DNA of 64,000 nucleotides from Azolla caroliniana (GCA_043228905.1 JBHGNT010000001.1:8742001-8806000), one strand, 5' to 3'; counted from the first letter of the stretch, positions 10,813-24,829 are shown. Notes: generated by a model not told the origin, from the letters alone. A program made the numbers and translations.

Positions 10813-13800
10813 ACGTTTCCAAAATTTACGGCGGAAACTAGAACGGGGCCCCGTGGAGGGTGAGGCTCGGGAGACATTTCTAGCAGCATTATGCCGACCT
10901 ATACGGACCATGCTCAACAACAATAGCGTGAAAGGGGAAACAACCGATATGGTCATCGAACGAGCATTACAGCTCGAGCTGGACGACGAAGAGGAAAGGT
11001 TTTCTATGTCCTCATTACGACAAGTGTTACCTCAGGACGAGGAACAACATTTTCATCAAGCAATCCAGTGCACGATTTGCTTGAATTTGTGGCATTCCGT
11101 AGTGGAGTGCAACATGCGAATCCACTGCCCAATCTGTCACTCGAAGGCTCACACAGTTGAGCAGTGCGAATACAATATGTTGAATAGAGCCGCTCTCACA
11201 GTACGCAACATGGACACACAACGTCCCCCATGCCGTACTGAACAAAGGAGGCAAGAAGACCGACCACGGTATATGGATTGCAACCCACATGACGACCGAC
11301 ACTACCGGAACCACCGGAATCACAACGATTCCGAGGAAGAAGAGCTAGAGGATGAGGACTACCGTGGTCCCCCCAGATATGCTAAAGGGGGTCAACGCTA
11401 TGAGAATCACCGACCGACAAACAAAAGTGGTGGCTTCAATGGACCTCGTGGAAAGCAGTGGCAATATCGGGACCGCCGGCGATATGACAAAAGCTCGGAC
11501 GATGACCGGCACCAAGAACCACGTCGGGACTAACAACAACCACCACGTACGCTCCGACAAACGAAGCCGAACTGTGAGGAGCAAGTCGCACCGAGGGGTC
11601 GACACACACCACCAGGGGCCGAGAAGGGCGAATCTAGCATCCATTGTTTTGTTTGTCAACATCCTGGACATTATGCCACACAATGCCCAGTATGCAAGGG
11701 CAAGGGGCCCGCCGTCAATACGATTACGGCAGAAGTGCAGCACGTCACGACACGTTAGCAAACAAAAATGGCTGATTGGGCCGCGCAAGATGAGATACGA
11801 CGAACAACCCAGGCATGGGTTGAAAATGCAAACGCGACAAATACAGAACGCATGCGGAAGGAATCCGCAAAAACGATGGAGCTAGTGGAGGACGAAGGAC
11901 CGGCCCCGGACCCCATTTGGCAAGCACTGGCAGGCTTTGAGATAACGTTAACCATGGAGAAGCTGCTGCAACTAGTCCCATGCTTCTGCTAGACCGTGGA
12001 AGAGCAGGTGATGGGCATACCCGGGGTGAGCGTCGCTACGAATTTCACGGACCGTCTGTAGTGGATCAACACAACCCGGCTATTACGTTGATATTACACG
12101 ATCAAGAAATTGTGGGATTCGTAATCGGTGGCGGCTCGGGCGTTAATGTAATTAGCGCGAAAACATGCGAGCAGTTAGGAATTTCAGAATGGGAGGCTTG
12201 CCCGTTCTGGCTCTGTATGGCAGATACCCACTCAGTACGACCATTGGGGTTGATACGCAAGGTAGGCATTATCGTGGGAGGACATCGCTTCGACATCTCG
12301 GCGGTAGTCCTCGCCCTAGACGCCCCAGGGGCGTACCATGTGCTGTTGGGCAGACCGTGGCTTCGTGCAGCGAATATCAAGCAGAGCTGGCAGCACAAGT
12401 GTACCAGTTTTCGACATGGACGCACCAAGGTTCGCGTACCAACGGAGGAAAGGGCGACACAATCCAAGGGTATAACACCATTATACGCGGAAGATATAAA
12501 TATGCTGGCTGGGGTGGATGATACAGAATTAGAGGCATACCTAGACGAGCACCCTCAGATTATTCCGCTATTCGAAATCGACGTCATCGCAACCGCGACA
12601 GAATATGCCACGACCACTACTCTCCATGACGAGGCTTACGAACCAAACCCAGAGTCAATATTAGAACTAAGCAGAGCACGGGCAGCGTTCAAGAGGGAAA
12701 TGGAAATTTCACGACGAGTCACCGTCTCAACCCTGGAAGAAGTAAACGTGGGTACGACGTCAAAACTTCGTTTCCTCTCCATCGCAAAAGAATTAAGGCC
12801 GGACCAGAGAGACGTGATGATCGAACTACTCAAGAAATATAAAGATGTGTTCGCCTGGGCTCACGAGGACATGAAGGGGTTAGATCCGAAGTTCTATCAA
12901 CATAAGATTAATTTAGCAACCGACGCAAAACTGGTCCAGCAGCGTCGCTACCGCATGAACCCGAACTATGCGACCCGTGTAAAAGAAGAAATTGACAAAC
13001 TTCTAAAGGCGGGATTCATACGACCAGTTAAACAAGCCACATGGTTAAGTACGATAGTTACTGTAGTCGTTCCAAAGAAAAACGGCAAAATACGAGTATG
13101 CGTGGATTACCTGTTGAGAACTTGACGTTCCTTATGTCCGACGCTCGGCCACAACCGAGATTCTTTACATACACAGAAAAACAGGTAATGAAACGCGACA
13201 CAAAAGAGGAGAAATGATACACAGGAGGTATGTTGGGATTTCGGTCCCTCCGGATGGGATGTCCGGAGATGAATGACGGCAAGCCCGGTTGCGGTTACGG
13301 AACCGGATGATGAAGAGTACCCGGCATGAAGCCGGATGAAGAGTACCCGGATACGGATCCGGATGATGAAGTACCCGGATACGGATCCGGATGATGAAGA
13401 CCCCGGCTACGGAGCTGGATGCTGAAGACCCCGGCTACGGAGCCGGATGCTGAAGACCCCGGCTACGGAGCCGGATGACGAATGTACCCGGAGAGAGATC
13501 CGGATGCGGGGACATATTTGTGAATATGTTTGCCAAGAGCCCTTGAGGCTATATTTGTAAATAGCCCGAAAGTCATATGTGTATAAATATGACTTAGGGC
13601 AAACAGTTTGTTGTTGTTGCTCATTTTATGTTTTCAGCCGAGAGAGCGAAGTGAGAGCAGCCGAGAGAGAGAGAGAGAGAGAAAGGAAGAGGTCGACGCC
13701 TCTGTGTATTACCGCCGCCTGTGGCGAAGACAGTGAGCTCAAGGTTGTTGCCTTGTAGCTTCACCATTGTACATCTCAGTGTATAGTGATAGTTGGAGTT

Positions 13801-13951
13801 TGAGGACTCCCGTGGTTTTTCCCATTTAGGGTTTTCCACGTAAAATCCCAGTGTACCTTTTCTCTCTACTGTCCTCGTGCACTTTGTATTTCCCAATTTC
13901 TGTGAGTTGATCCTATTCCTCGGTTGTGGCCGAGCACTGTTCATAACAAAG

Positions 13952-13963
13952 TGGTATCAGAGC
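13952..13963 (+). promoter_or_regulatory. Primer-binding site, tRNA-iMet
   Basis: TGGTATCAGAGC, 3 nt after the 5' LTR. Confidence 0.95.
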
Positions 13964-13979
13964 GACGGTAACACAGAAA

Positions 13980-16900
13980 ATGGAAGGCGGCAGCGGCGGG
14001 CGGCCGGGGATGATGGTGCTGAATGCGCAGAACTACGCCGACTGGAAGATAAAGATGGAGGATCTGCTCATTGTTTGGGACCTGTATGAACCGATCGACA
14101 GGTCGGAAATACCCAAGGGGGTACTTGAGACGGAGTGGAGGCTTCTGAACCGGAAAGCCGTTGCAACCATTCGGCAATACGTCGACGTGAGCGTTCTACA
14201 ACACGTGGCGAACGACACCAACGCATATGAGATGTGGAGGAAGCTGTCGGGCCTCTACGAGAGGAAGAATGTGTTGAACCGGACCTCCCTGATGAGAAAG
14301 ATAGTGAACCTCAAGTACCGGGACGGCGAGAGTATGGTGGAACACGTAAGCACGTTCATGGGATTCGTGAACCAGCTTGCGGCGATCAAGTTCCCGTTGG
14401 AGGATGCAATGCAAGCCATCATCCTGATGTGTACATTGCCGGACAGCTGGGAGAACTTGGTGGTGACTCTCAGCACCTCCTGCACCGAAGATAACTTGTC
14501 CCTACAAACGGTAAAGACAAGTATTTTGAACGAAGAAGCGCGTCGGAGAGATAAAGAACCGGCCTCCGACTCGAAGGCGCTGCTTACCGAATCGGAACGG
14601 GGAAGACAATGGAACCGGAGTCCGCAAAGACGGGAGAAGTCGGGGACCCGGTCGCAGTCAAGAGGAAGGCCCACGTGCTTCCACTGTGGGAAGCCGGGGC
14701 ACTTCCGGAAGAATTGTCGGCATTACCGAAAGGACAACGGAGCCGACGACACCGATTCGAAGAAGTCACCGGAGAGAAACGGTGCATACCGGGGAGCCAC
14801 GGACCGGAGAGGTCCGGATCGGCGAGGGAAGGACCGGAAAGGAACGACGGCACTCGCGGCAAGTGAAGAAGAAATAATGCTCATTACCGAAGAGAGGGAG
14901 CTGAACCTTGCCGGTGTAGAGATGACCTGGGTGGTCGATTCCGGAGCGTCGTTCCACCTGACCCCGGAGAAGAAATACTTCTCATCCTACACAGCCGGTG
15001 AGCACGGCTGTGTCCGGATGGGAAATGAAGGTACGTGCCGGATTGCCGGCATAGGAGACGTGTGGCTGATGACATCAACCGGATGCAAGATGCTGCTGAA
15101 GGATGTGCGACACGTTCCGGAGGTCCGATTGAACCTGATCTCGGCCGGGAGGCTAGATGATGAAGGCTACACGGGTAGCATCCGGAACGGTGTCATGAAG
15201 TTCAAAAAAGGGGAGCCTGATAGTGGCTCGGGCCCGGAAGGTCAACACACTGTACCTGATGAATGCCTGGTTATGTCCGGAAGAGCTGAATGTGGCAGCC
15301 GACACTGCCGGTGAGCTGTGGCACAAGAGACTGTGCCACATGAGTGAGAAGGGGATGAAGAGGCTTGCAGAAGACAACCTTATTCCAGTGAAGCATGTGC
15401 ACCTGGAGAAGTGCACCGATTGCCTGGCCGGTAAGCAGAACCGAACCTCCTTCCATTCAAGGCCACCGACGAGACGTAGCGCACCATTGGAGTTGGTGCA
15501 CACTGATGTGTGTCAGGTAGAAACGAAGTCACATGGCGGAGCCCAGTACTTCGTAACATTCATTGATGATCACAGCCGGAAGCTGTGGACGGCACCGTTG
15601 AAGACAAAGGACCAAGTGTTGTCCGTCTTCAAAGAACTCCACGCGAGAGTGGAAAGAGAATCCGGCAAGAAGCTGAAAGCGATACGAGCGGATAACGGAG
15701 GAGAATACCGGGGGCAGTTCGCGGAGTACTGTCACTCGAAGGGAATCCGGCTCGAGTTTACTGTGCCGAAGACGCCGGAACTGAACGGGCTGGCCGAGAG
15801 GATGAACCGGACCATAATGGAGAGGGTCCGGAGTATGCTAGCGCATGCGAAATTACCCAAGGGGTTTTGGGCTGAGGCGATGTCGACGGCGACATACGTG
15901 ATAAATAGATCACCCTCAGTACCTTTGGACGGAGACACGCCGCAGAGAGTGTGGACCGGTAGGGAAGTATCCTACCGGCATCTGAAGGTGTTCGGGTGCC
16001 TCGCATATGTGCATGTGGCTAAGGACCGGAGAGGAAAGCTAGATCCAAAGACCCGGCCATGCATATTCCTCGGTTACGGCGATGACGAGTTCGGCTACCG
16101 AGTATGGGACCCGGTCGACAAGAAGATATTCCGGAGTCGTGATATCATCTTCATGGAGAACAAGACACTTGCCGACTGGGAGTCGGAGAAGAAGATGAAG
16201 AGCTCCAAGTCGACCGGTGAGGATCAACTCTACGAGGAGCAGTCCCGACCGGCAAGAGACCGGTTAGCACTCGAGGATCCGGCCGAAGACGGTGAAGAAA
16301 CAGAACCGGCCGAAGAAGATGAAAATGATACCGGAACCGGCCCCGATCCCGAAATGGATTCGGATGAAGAAGAATCGGAAGAACCGGTTACCGAAGCTCC
16401 GGAACGGAGATATCCTCTAAGAGAGAGAAGGGCCCCCCGGAGATTTCCGGAACCAGAGCACGTGCTGCTAACCGACGAAGGGGAGCCGGAGAGCTTTGAA
16501 GAAGCAAAGCATGACACCCAGAGCCGCAGGTGGTTGAGTGCCATGCAGGGCGAGATGGATTCCCTGCATGAGAACCACACATATGAACTTGTGGAGTTGC
16601 TGAAAGGAAAGCGGGCACTTCGAAACAAGTGGGTGTTCAAGCTGAAACCGGGAGATGCCGGAAACCCCCCGAGATACAAAGCCAGGATCGTGGTGAAGGG
16701 GTTTCAGCAGAAGAAGGGCGTCGACTTCGACGAGATATTTGCCCCGGTAGTGAAGATGACCTCCATCCGGACGGTGCTGAGCATAGCGGCAAGCATGGAC
16801 CTCGAGGTAGAACAGATGGACGTGAAGACGGCATTCCTTCACGGTGACCTCGAAGAAGAGATCTACATGCAGCAACCGGAAGGATTCGAGAAGAAAGGGA

Positions 16901-18054
16901 AGGAGCACCTGGTATGCCGGTTGAAGAAGAGCCTTTACGGACTGAAGCAGGCTCCCCGGCAATGGTACCGGAAGTTCGACTCCTTCATGACCGACGAAGG
17001 GTACCACAAAACGCAGTCTGATCACTGCGTGTTTGTGAAGAAGTTCGAAGGAGGAGACTCTCTAATACTCCTCCTGTACGTGGACGACATGTTGATCGTC
17101 GGACGGGACCAGGTCAAGATACGGGCGCTGAAGAAAGTGCTTCACCGAACCTTCTCAATGAAGGACCTGGGTCCGGCGAGGCAAATACTAGGGATGCACA
17201 TCATCCGGGACCGGAAGAAGAAGCAGTTGTGGCTGTCACAGGAGAAGTACGTGACAAAGGTGCTTCAACGGTTCAACATATCGGAAGCAAGACCGGTCGG
17301 GTCAACCCTCCCGGCAAACTGCAAGTTGTCCAGCAAGCAAAGCCCCAAGACAAAGGCTAAGAAGGAGGACATGATGAAAGTGCCATATGCCTCTGCCGTC
17401 GGAAGCTTGATGTACGCAATGGTGTGTACAAGACCGGACATTGGATACGCAGTCGGAGTGGTGAGCCGGTATATGAGTAATCCCGGCAAGGAGCACTGGA
17501 ACGCAGTCAAATGGATACTCCGATACTTAAAGGGCACTTCGAACATGTGCCTCCGATTCGGCTCCGGTAAGCCCGAACTCGATGGATTTACCGATTCGGA
17601 CATGTCGGCTGATGCGGATACCAGCCGGTCTACATCAGGGTATGTAATGACATATGCAGGGGGAGCTGTTTCGTGGCAGTCGAGGTTGCAGAAGACGGTT
17701 GCGTTGTCAACCACGGAGGCGGAGTACATGGCGGCTGTTGAAGCCGGCAAGGAAATAATTTGGATGAAGGACTTCATTAGAGAGCTCGATATCCGGCAGG
17801 AGGAGTACCGGCTCTACTGCGATAGTCAGAGTGCCATCCACCTTGCGAAGAACGCGGCCTACCATTCCCGGACGAAACACATCCAGCGTAGATACCACTG
17901 GATCCGGGAAAGGATAGAAGATAAAGAGCTCGTACTGACGAAGGTCCACACGGACGAGAACGGGTCGGATATGCTGACCAAGGTGCTCACACCCGACAAG
18001 CTGGAAACATGCCGGAAGAGGATCGGATTGGAGAGACATCCCATGCCGAAGTGA
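13980..18054 (+). pseudogene. copia gag-pol with a single +1 insertion in an A-run (~15204-15209)
   Basis: ORFs 13980-15314 and 15223-18054 join to match copia-1; TTCAAAAAAGGGGAGC here versus TTCAGCAAAGGGAGC in copia-1. Confidence 0.93.
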
Positions 18055-18917
18055 AGGGGGAGTTTGTTGGGATTTCGGTCCCTCCGGATGGGATGTCCGG
18101 AGATGAATGACGGCAAGCCCGGTTGCGGTTACGGAACCGGATGATGAAGAGTACCCGGCATGAAGCCGGATGAAGAGTACCCGGATACGGATCCGGATGA
18201 TGAAGTACCCGGATACGGATCCGGATGATGAAGACCCCGGCTACGGAGCCGGATGCTGAAGACCCCGGCTACGGAGCCGGATGACGAATGTACCCGGAGA
18301 GAGATCCGGATGCGGGGACATATTTGTGAATATGTTTGCCAAGAGCCCTTGAGGCTATATTTGTAAATAGCCCGAAAGTCATATGTGTATAAATATGACT
18401 TAGGGCAAACAGTTTGTTGTTGTTGCTCATTTTATGTTTTCAGCCGAGAGAGCGAAGTGAGAGCAGCCGAGAGAGAGAGAGAGAGAGAAAGGAAGAGGTC
18501 GACGCCTCTGTGTATTACCGCCGCCTGTGGCGAAGACAGTGAGCTCAAGGTTGTTGCCTTGTAGCTTCACCATTGTACATCTCAGTGTATAGTGATAGTT
18601 GGAGTTTGAGGACTCCCGTGGTTTTTCCCATTTAGGGTTTTCCACGTAAAATCCCAGTGTACCTTTTCTCTCTACTGTCCTCGTGCACTTTGTATTTCCC
18701 AATTTCTGTGAGTTGATCCTATTCCTCGGTTGTGGCCGAGCACTGTTCATAACAAGGTATACGTGGAAAACCCCAAAATAGGGGAAAAAACCACGGCAGC
18801 CCACAAGCTGCAAACTGTCACTATGTAGAAATATACAACAGTGAGATCACTGAGGCAACGACCTCGTGCTCTCAGATCTTCGCCACAGGCGGCGGTTACA
18901 ACAAAGGCAACGACCTC

Positions 18918-18960
<43 letters not shown>

Positions 18961-21436
18961 CAGTTACGAGCTCTGATTTCTTCTTGCACCAACAAGAAAG
19001 AATAACCACAAAAAACGACAACTGCTAAAAAACTAAAGATTTGCCCTAAGTCATATTTATACTAATATGACTTTTCGGCTATTTACAAATGTAGCCTCGA
19101 TGGGCTCCATCCGGCTCTCAGCAGTCGGGTACTCCTCATCCGGTTCATACCGGATCTACACCATCCAACTCTCCGTAGTCGGGTACTCCTCATCCGGTTC
19201 ATATCGGGCCTACACCATCCGACTCTCCGAAGTCGGGTTCTCCCCATCCGGTTCATACCGTTTCGGCCTCGGCCTGTCGGCCTCGGCCGAGTTTGTTCGT
19301 CGGCACTGTTCTTCTCCCTTCCCATCCGGAGGGACCTGTCTACCAACATTACCAAAAGTTAAACGCCGTAACCATTACGGACGCATTCCCTTTACCATTC
19401 ACCGATAGTGTACTGGACGCCGTTGCAGGGCATGACATGTACAATTTTTTAGATGGCTTCAGTGGATACAACCAGGTACGCATGCATCCCGATGACCAAG
19501 AGAAGACGACATTTGTCACGGACTGGGGAGTCTATGTGGCAGTCGTCATGATGTTCGGGCTAAAGACGACGCCGACGACATTTCAATGGACAATCACGGA
19601 GATCTTTGGGGAATATATTCCGGCATTCATGCAAGTTTTGTTAGACGATTTTGCGGTATATGGGAAAACAACTGACCATTTTACGCATTTGCAATTGTGC
19701 CTGGAACGTTGCCGCACCGCACGCTTAAGCCCGAATCCCGCGAAATGTGCCTTCGGCGTTACCAACGGGGCTCTCCTAGGCCATATAGTTAGCAAGGAAG
19801 GGATAGCGGTCGATTCGAACAAAATCTCCGCGATTACTCAAGCTAAAACTCCAACAAACACGAAATCACTCAGCCGGTTTTTAGGATAAATACGATGGCA
19901 TAGTCGGATGATACGATACTTGGCGGACTTCGCCACGCCGTTACATGTCGCCGTGCATCGAACTCCCTTCCAATGGATTGCAATAGAAGACAAGGCCTAT
20001 GATGCGCTCAAGATAATGCTCACGCAGGCACCCGTCGTACAACGACCAATTTGGGTGAAGCCATTCCACGTGTTTGTAGACGCTTCAGACATAGCAATAG
20101 GAAGTGCGCTAATGCAGCTCACCGAACCGAATTGGTACCGGCTAGTGTACTACGCTAGTCGCAAATTATCAACAACGGAGCGTAACTATTCCACAAAGGA
20201 GCGTGAGGCGTTGGGGATGATCTATAGCATCAATAAATTCTGGCATTATTTGCTAGGGAGGAAGTTCACGTTCCACATGGATCATTCAGCACTGTTGTAT
20301 TTAGTGGAGAAACAAGCACTGACGGGGAAATTGGCGCGATGGATGCTACTGCTTCAAGAATTCGATTTTGTAATTCAACATCGCTTGGGTACGCAACACG
20401 CAGTGGTAGATTTTTTGAGCAGACTCGATAATGGAGAAACGACGCAGAAGGACGACGACGACTTTCCGGACGCAGACATTCTGTGGGTAGCAGCACTAGT
20501 TGGAAGAACGGAAACGACCTTTCCGGACCGGTGGCTCATGGAAATGACATACTTTTTGACTACGGGACTTCCTCCACCACAATTACGCACGAACGAGAAG
20601 AAACGATTAGCCGTTCGGAGCCGTAACTTCTGTCTGGTAGAAGGAATCTTATATCACAAAGGTAGTGATGGCATTCGGCGATGCGGTGTACGCTAGGATG
20701 AGAAAGAAGCGGTCTTACGGGAGGCTCACTGCGGCACGACAGGTGGACACTACACGGGCGATGTTACGGCCCGGAAAATATGGCAAGCAGGCCTATGGTG
20801 GCCGACTACACAAAAGGACGCATACGAGTATTGCAGAAAGTGAGATTTGTGTCAACGGATGGGCCAACCCACGAAAGGCGGCAGGGCATGGTGGTATTCA
20901 TCGAACACTCACCAACATCCGACAACATTTTTTCTGGCCCCATATGGAGTTGGATGTAAAAGACTATGTCCAATCCTGTGAGACATGCCAACAAGTCAAA
21001 GCTCGGCATGGATGACCATTTGAATTACTACAACCTATGCCAATACCCGCTCAACCATGGGATGTGGTGAGTATGGATTTCATAGTGGACTTGCCCATGT
21101 CAAGAGGTTATAATGCGATCATGGTGGTCATCGACTATTTCTCTAAACAAGCTCACTTTGTACCAACAAAACCACCCCTCATAGCTCTCTAGGTAGCTAA
21201 ATTGTGTTAGGATTTCGGTCCCTCTGGATGGGATATGAGTACCCGGCAAGGAAGACCCGGTGAGAACCTCTCACTGGATGAAGGGACATATATGTAAATA
21301 TGTCTCTGTTAACCTATTGTGGCTACATTTGTAAATAGCCCGAAAGTCATATTGGTATAATTATGACCTAGGGCAAACTCTTAGAGTTGTTGTCATAATT
21401 TTGTATAGAGTTATTAGTGTAACTGTTGTACAGTGC

Positions 21437-21473
<37 letters not shown>

Positions 21474-24400
21474 TCTGTTGTAACCGTAGCCAGGCGAAGA
21501 TTGTGAGCACGAGGTTGTTGCCTCTGTGTTCCCCTGATGTATTCCTCTTAGACATAGTGATAGTTTGGAGCTTGTGGGCTCCCGTGCTTTTTCCTGTTTA
21601 GGGTTTTCCATGTAAACATATTGTGTACTCTCTTTCAGTGTTTTCTTGTGAATACGTGCATCTATCTCCACATTCCCATTTCTGTGTTTGTAATTCTCAA
21701 TGAAGGAATTGAAGACTTGGTTGTGGCCGAGCATAACTCCACATAATCTCTCAATCTGGTATCAGAGCAAAATGACACAGAAAAATGGAAGATTTGTTGG
21801 GAGGCATGTTCAAGCTCACCGGCTCCAACTGCTCAGTGTGGAAGTCGAAGATGAGGGACATGCTCATGGTTAAAGATCTTTGGTTGCCGGTTCAGTTCGG
21901 GGACAAGAGATCAGACAAGATCGACGCCACGATATGGGAGGTGATGCATATGAAGACAACGGCGTACATACGGTGCTTCATCGATATGAGCCTGTACAAC
22001 AACTTCAATGAGGAGAGTAAGGCTCATGAGCTTTGGGAGAAGATCGGCATTATGTTTCAAAACAAAAATGTTGTAAATCGGGTTTCGGTATTTTGGATGC
22101 TAGTGAGGCTCCGGTACCAAGAGGGCTCCAGTATGGCAGAGCACATGAATGCCTTCCAGGGGCTGATTCACCAAGCAACATCATTGGAAGTACCTCTTGC
22201 TGATGAGGTACTAGCACTACTCCTGTTCGGTTCCCTCCTAGATAGCTGGGAGACGTTGGTTGTCACTTTGGGCAACGCCAGGCCGGAAGGGAAGTAGATG
22301 TCCCTAGCAAGAGTCAAGTCAAGCTTGCTAGATGAGGAGGCGCGTCGGAAAGACAAGGATACGAGCTCTGACTCCAAAGCGCTCCTTACCGAATCGGAAC
22401 GCGGAAGACAAAGGAAGCGGAGTCCCCAGAACCGGGAAAAGTCAGGGACAAGGTCAAAGTCAAGGGGGAGGACCACTTGCTTCTATTGCGGCAAGCCGGG
22501 ACACATCCAAAAGAATTGTCAGCATTTCTGGAAACCGACAGTACCGATTCGAAGCGGTCACCGGACCGGAACGGTAAAGACCGGAGGGGACTGGACCGGA
22601 AGGGAACGACGACAATCACAGCAAGTGAAGAGGAGTTGATGCTCATCACCGAGGAGAGTGAGTTGAACCTTGCCGGCGACGAGACAACGTGGGTTGTCGA
22701 TTCCGGAGCATCGTTCCACCTGACCCCGGACCGGAAATGCTTCTCAGCCTACACAGCCGGTGATCACGGTTGTGTCCGGATGGGGAATGAAGGTACGTGC
22801 CGAATTATCGGCATAGGAGATGTGTGGTTGACAACACCAACCGGATGCAAGCTGCTGCTGAAGGATGTCCGACACGTTCCGGAGGTTCGACTGAACCTGA
22901 TATCACAGGTCAGCTAGATGATGAAGGCTACATGGGTAGCATCCAGAACAGTGTCATGAAGTTCAGCAAGGGGAGCCTGATAGTGGTTCGGGTCCGTAAG
23001 GTCAACACACTGTACCTGATGAATGCCCGGTTATGCCCGGAAGAAGTGAACATTGCTTCCGACATGCCGGTGAGCTGTGGCACAAGAGATTGTGTCACAT
23101 GAGCGTGAAGGGGATGAAGAGGCTTGCCGATGACAACCTCATTCCGGTGAAGAACGTGCATTTTGAGAGGTGCACCGACTGCCAAGCCGGCAAGCAAAAC
23201 CGGACCTCCTTCCGATCAAGGCTACCAATGAGACATACTGCACCACTGGAGTTGGTGCATACTGATGTGTGTCACGTGGACACCAAGTCACATTGCGGAG
23301 CGCAGTACTTTGTGACGTTCATAGATGACCACAATCGGAAGTTGTGGGCCACACCGTTGAAGACGAAGGATCAGGTGCTATCCGTCCAGAAGCTGAAGGC
23401 GGTTCGAGCAGATAATGGAGAAGAATACCGGGGGCAGTTCGAGGAGTACTACCGCTCGAAGGGAATCCAACTCGAATTTACCGTGCCGAAGACGCCGGAA
23501 CTAAACAGGCTGGCCGAGAGGATGAACCAGACCATAATGGAGAGGGTTCGGAGTATGCTGGCACATGCAAAGTTACCCAAGACGTTTTGGGTTGAGGTGT
23601 TGGCGACAACGACATACGTTGTCGCGTTATTACGCGCGTGCGTGGAGAACAAGGCGGGACCACTGGGGTCTTGGACCGAGGAATAGGTGAGAAAAGGGGG
23701 GAGAAAGAGAGAGACGCTCACACACGTATAGACAAAGAAGTGCACGGGGACGCGGCCCAACAACACAGGAGACACGAGTTGAGAACACTAGCGTATGTAT
23801 ATAAAAGATGTATGTATTTGTATGTATGCAGACGACTCGAACGGTTATAGCCGATCAGGTCGGCGAGATGGATGCCGACGCCTGATCACCCACGCACACA
23901 TGGGATCAAGATGGAGATTCTTCCGGAAGCACACGGGCGTTCCACAGAGCAGAATCAGCCTCCTGAGAACCTGCACAAAAGAAAGCTATGGAGAACGACA
24001 GAGAAGAAGAGCTCGGTCCCAATCTGACAGCACTTCGTCCCCTCTAGCGCGCGATATCTCTCTCTCCCCCCCCCCCCCGTCTCCCTCTCTTTTATAGCTC
24101 AAGGAGGGAGACCGTTGTCGTGAAGATTTTCGTCCACGAGCGGAAACCCGAGCAACGAGAGCCAAAGAGCGATGTGCAACGTTGCACACATACATAATGT
24201 ATTTGTAATAATAATAGGGGAAAAGGGTATGGTGCTAGAAATGCCCCATAAGATCCCTAAGGTATAAAGGCGATGTGGTCTTATGCGCACATCCACGCGA
24301 GAGAGAGAGAGAGAGAGGTACTATGCGGTACATAGGTACCTAGTTGTTTGTGAGGAGGTGGGAGTTAAGGGGTCATCAATCTCACCCTCCCCAAATCAAG

Positions 24401-24811
24401 GCAAATATCCCCTTGTAAACGGTCTTCTCTCCTTGTGCTATAAAAGGAGAGGGAAGGTACCATTGTGAGCGTTGCCTATTTTGAGTGTGCGAGGTATACC
24501 ACATAGGTCGAGCGTTAGGGTTAGGGTTAGGGTTTCTTTATCTTGATCTTGATCTTCATCGGTTAGGGTTTCGAGTAGTCGTTTGGTGCTGCCTATGTGG
24601 CCACCATTTTGTAATCGTTCACTTCGTTTTAATATATCTTGTTGATCATCTTGTCTCCATCTTCCTCTTGTTCGATCTAATCTCTTGTTCATTCTTCTTC
24701 TTCTCGAGCAAAGCTTCCATTCCACGTCCGATTCCTTCTCCTCTACTCCTTAGTCCAAGACCCCCGTGGTCCCGCCCTTCTCCACACACGCGGGTAGCAA
24801 CGTGACATATT

Positions 24812-24829
24812 TGGTGAACCCGATGTGAA
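24812..24829 (+). promoter_or_regulatory. Primer-binding site, tRNA-Trp-like
   Basis: TGGTGAACCCGATGTGAA, 4 nt after the LTR; complementary (1 mismatch) to the plant tRNA-Trp 3' end as recalled (...TTCACGTCGGGTTCACCA). Confidence 0.85.

Larger units (their letters stand above)
13231..18754 (+). mobile_element. Full-length young Ty1/copia element copia-3 (5524 bp)
   Basis: LTRs 13231-13948 and 18065-18754; TSD AGGTA at 13226-13230 and 18755-18759; PBS 13952-13963; PPT before 18065. Confidence 0.98.
13112..19348 (-). repeat. Solo copia LTR (13112-13230 + 18760-19348), split by copia-3; contains a 54-bp repeat x3 near 19110-19260
   Basis: TG...CA termini; 5-bp TSD TTACC at 13107-13111 and 19349-19353; shares TATA and U5 motifs with the copia-1/3/4 LTRs. 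Confidence 0.93.
10813..20878 (+). mobile_element. Degenerate non-chromovirus-like Ty3/gypsy (gypsy-1): gag-PR-RT at 10813-13111, RT-RH-INT zinc finger at 19349-20878
   Basis: Tandem CCHC knuckles, PR IGGGSGVN, RT VPKKNGKIRVCVDY|QKLNAVT joined across the insertion, LDGFSGYNQ, LLDD, RH VDASDIAIG/EREALG; many stops and frameshifts. Confidence 0.92.

Noticed and set aside
15201-15215. AAAAAAG as a -1 slippery site
   Set aside because: Wrong phase; a +1 shift is required, and sister copies are in frame without it
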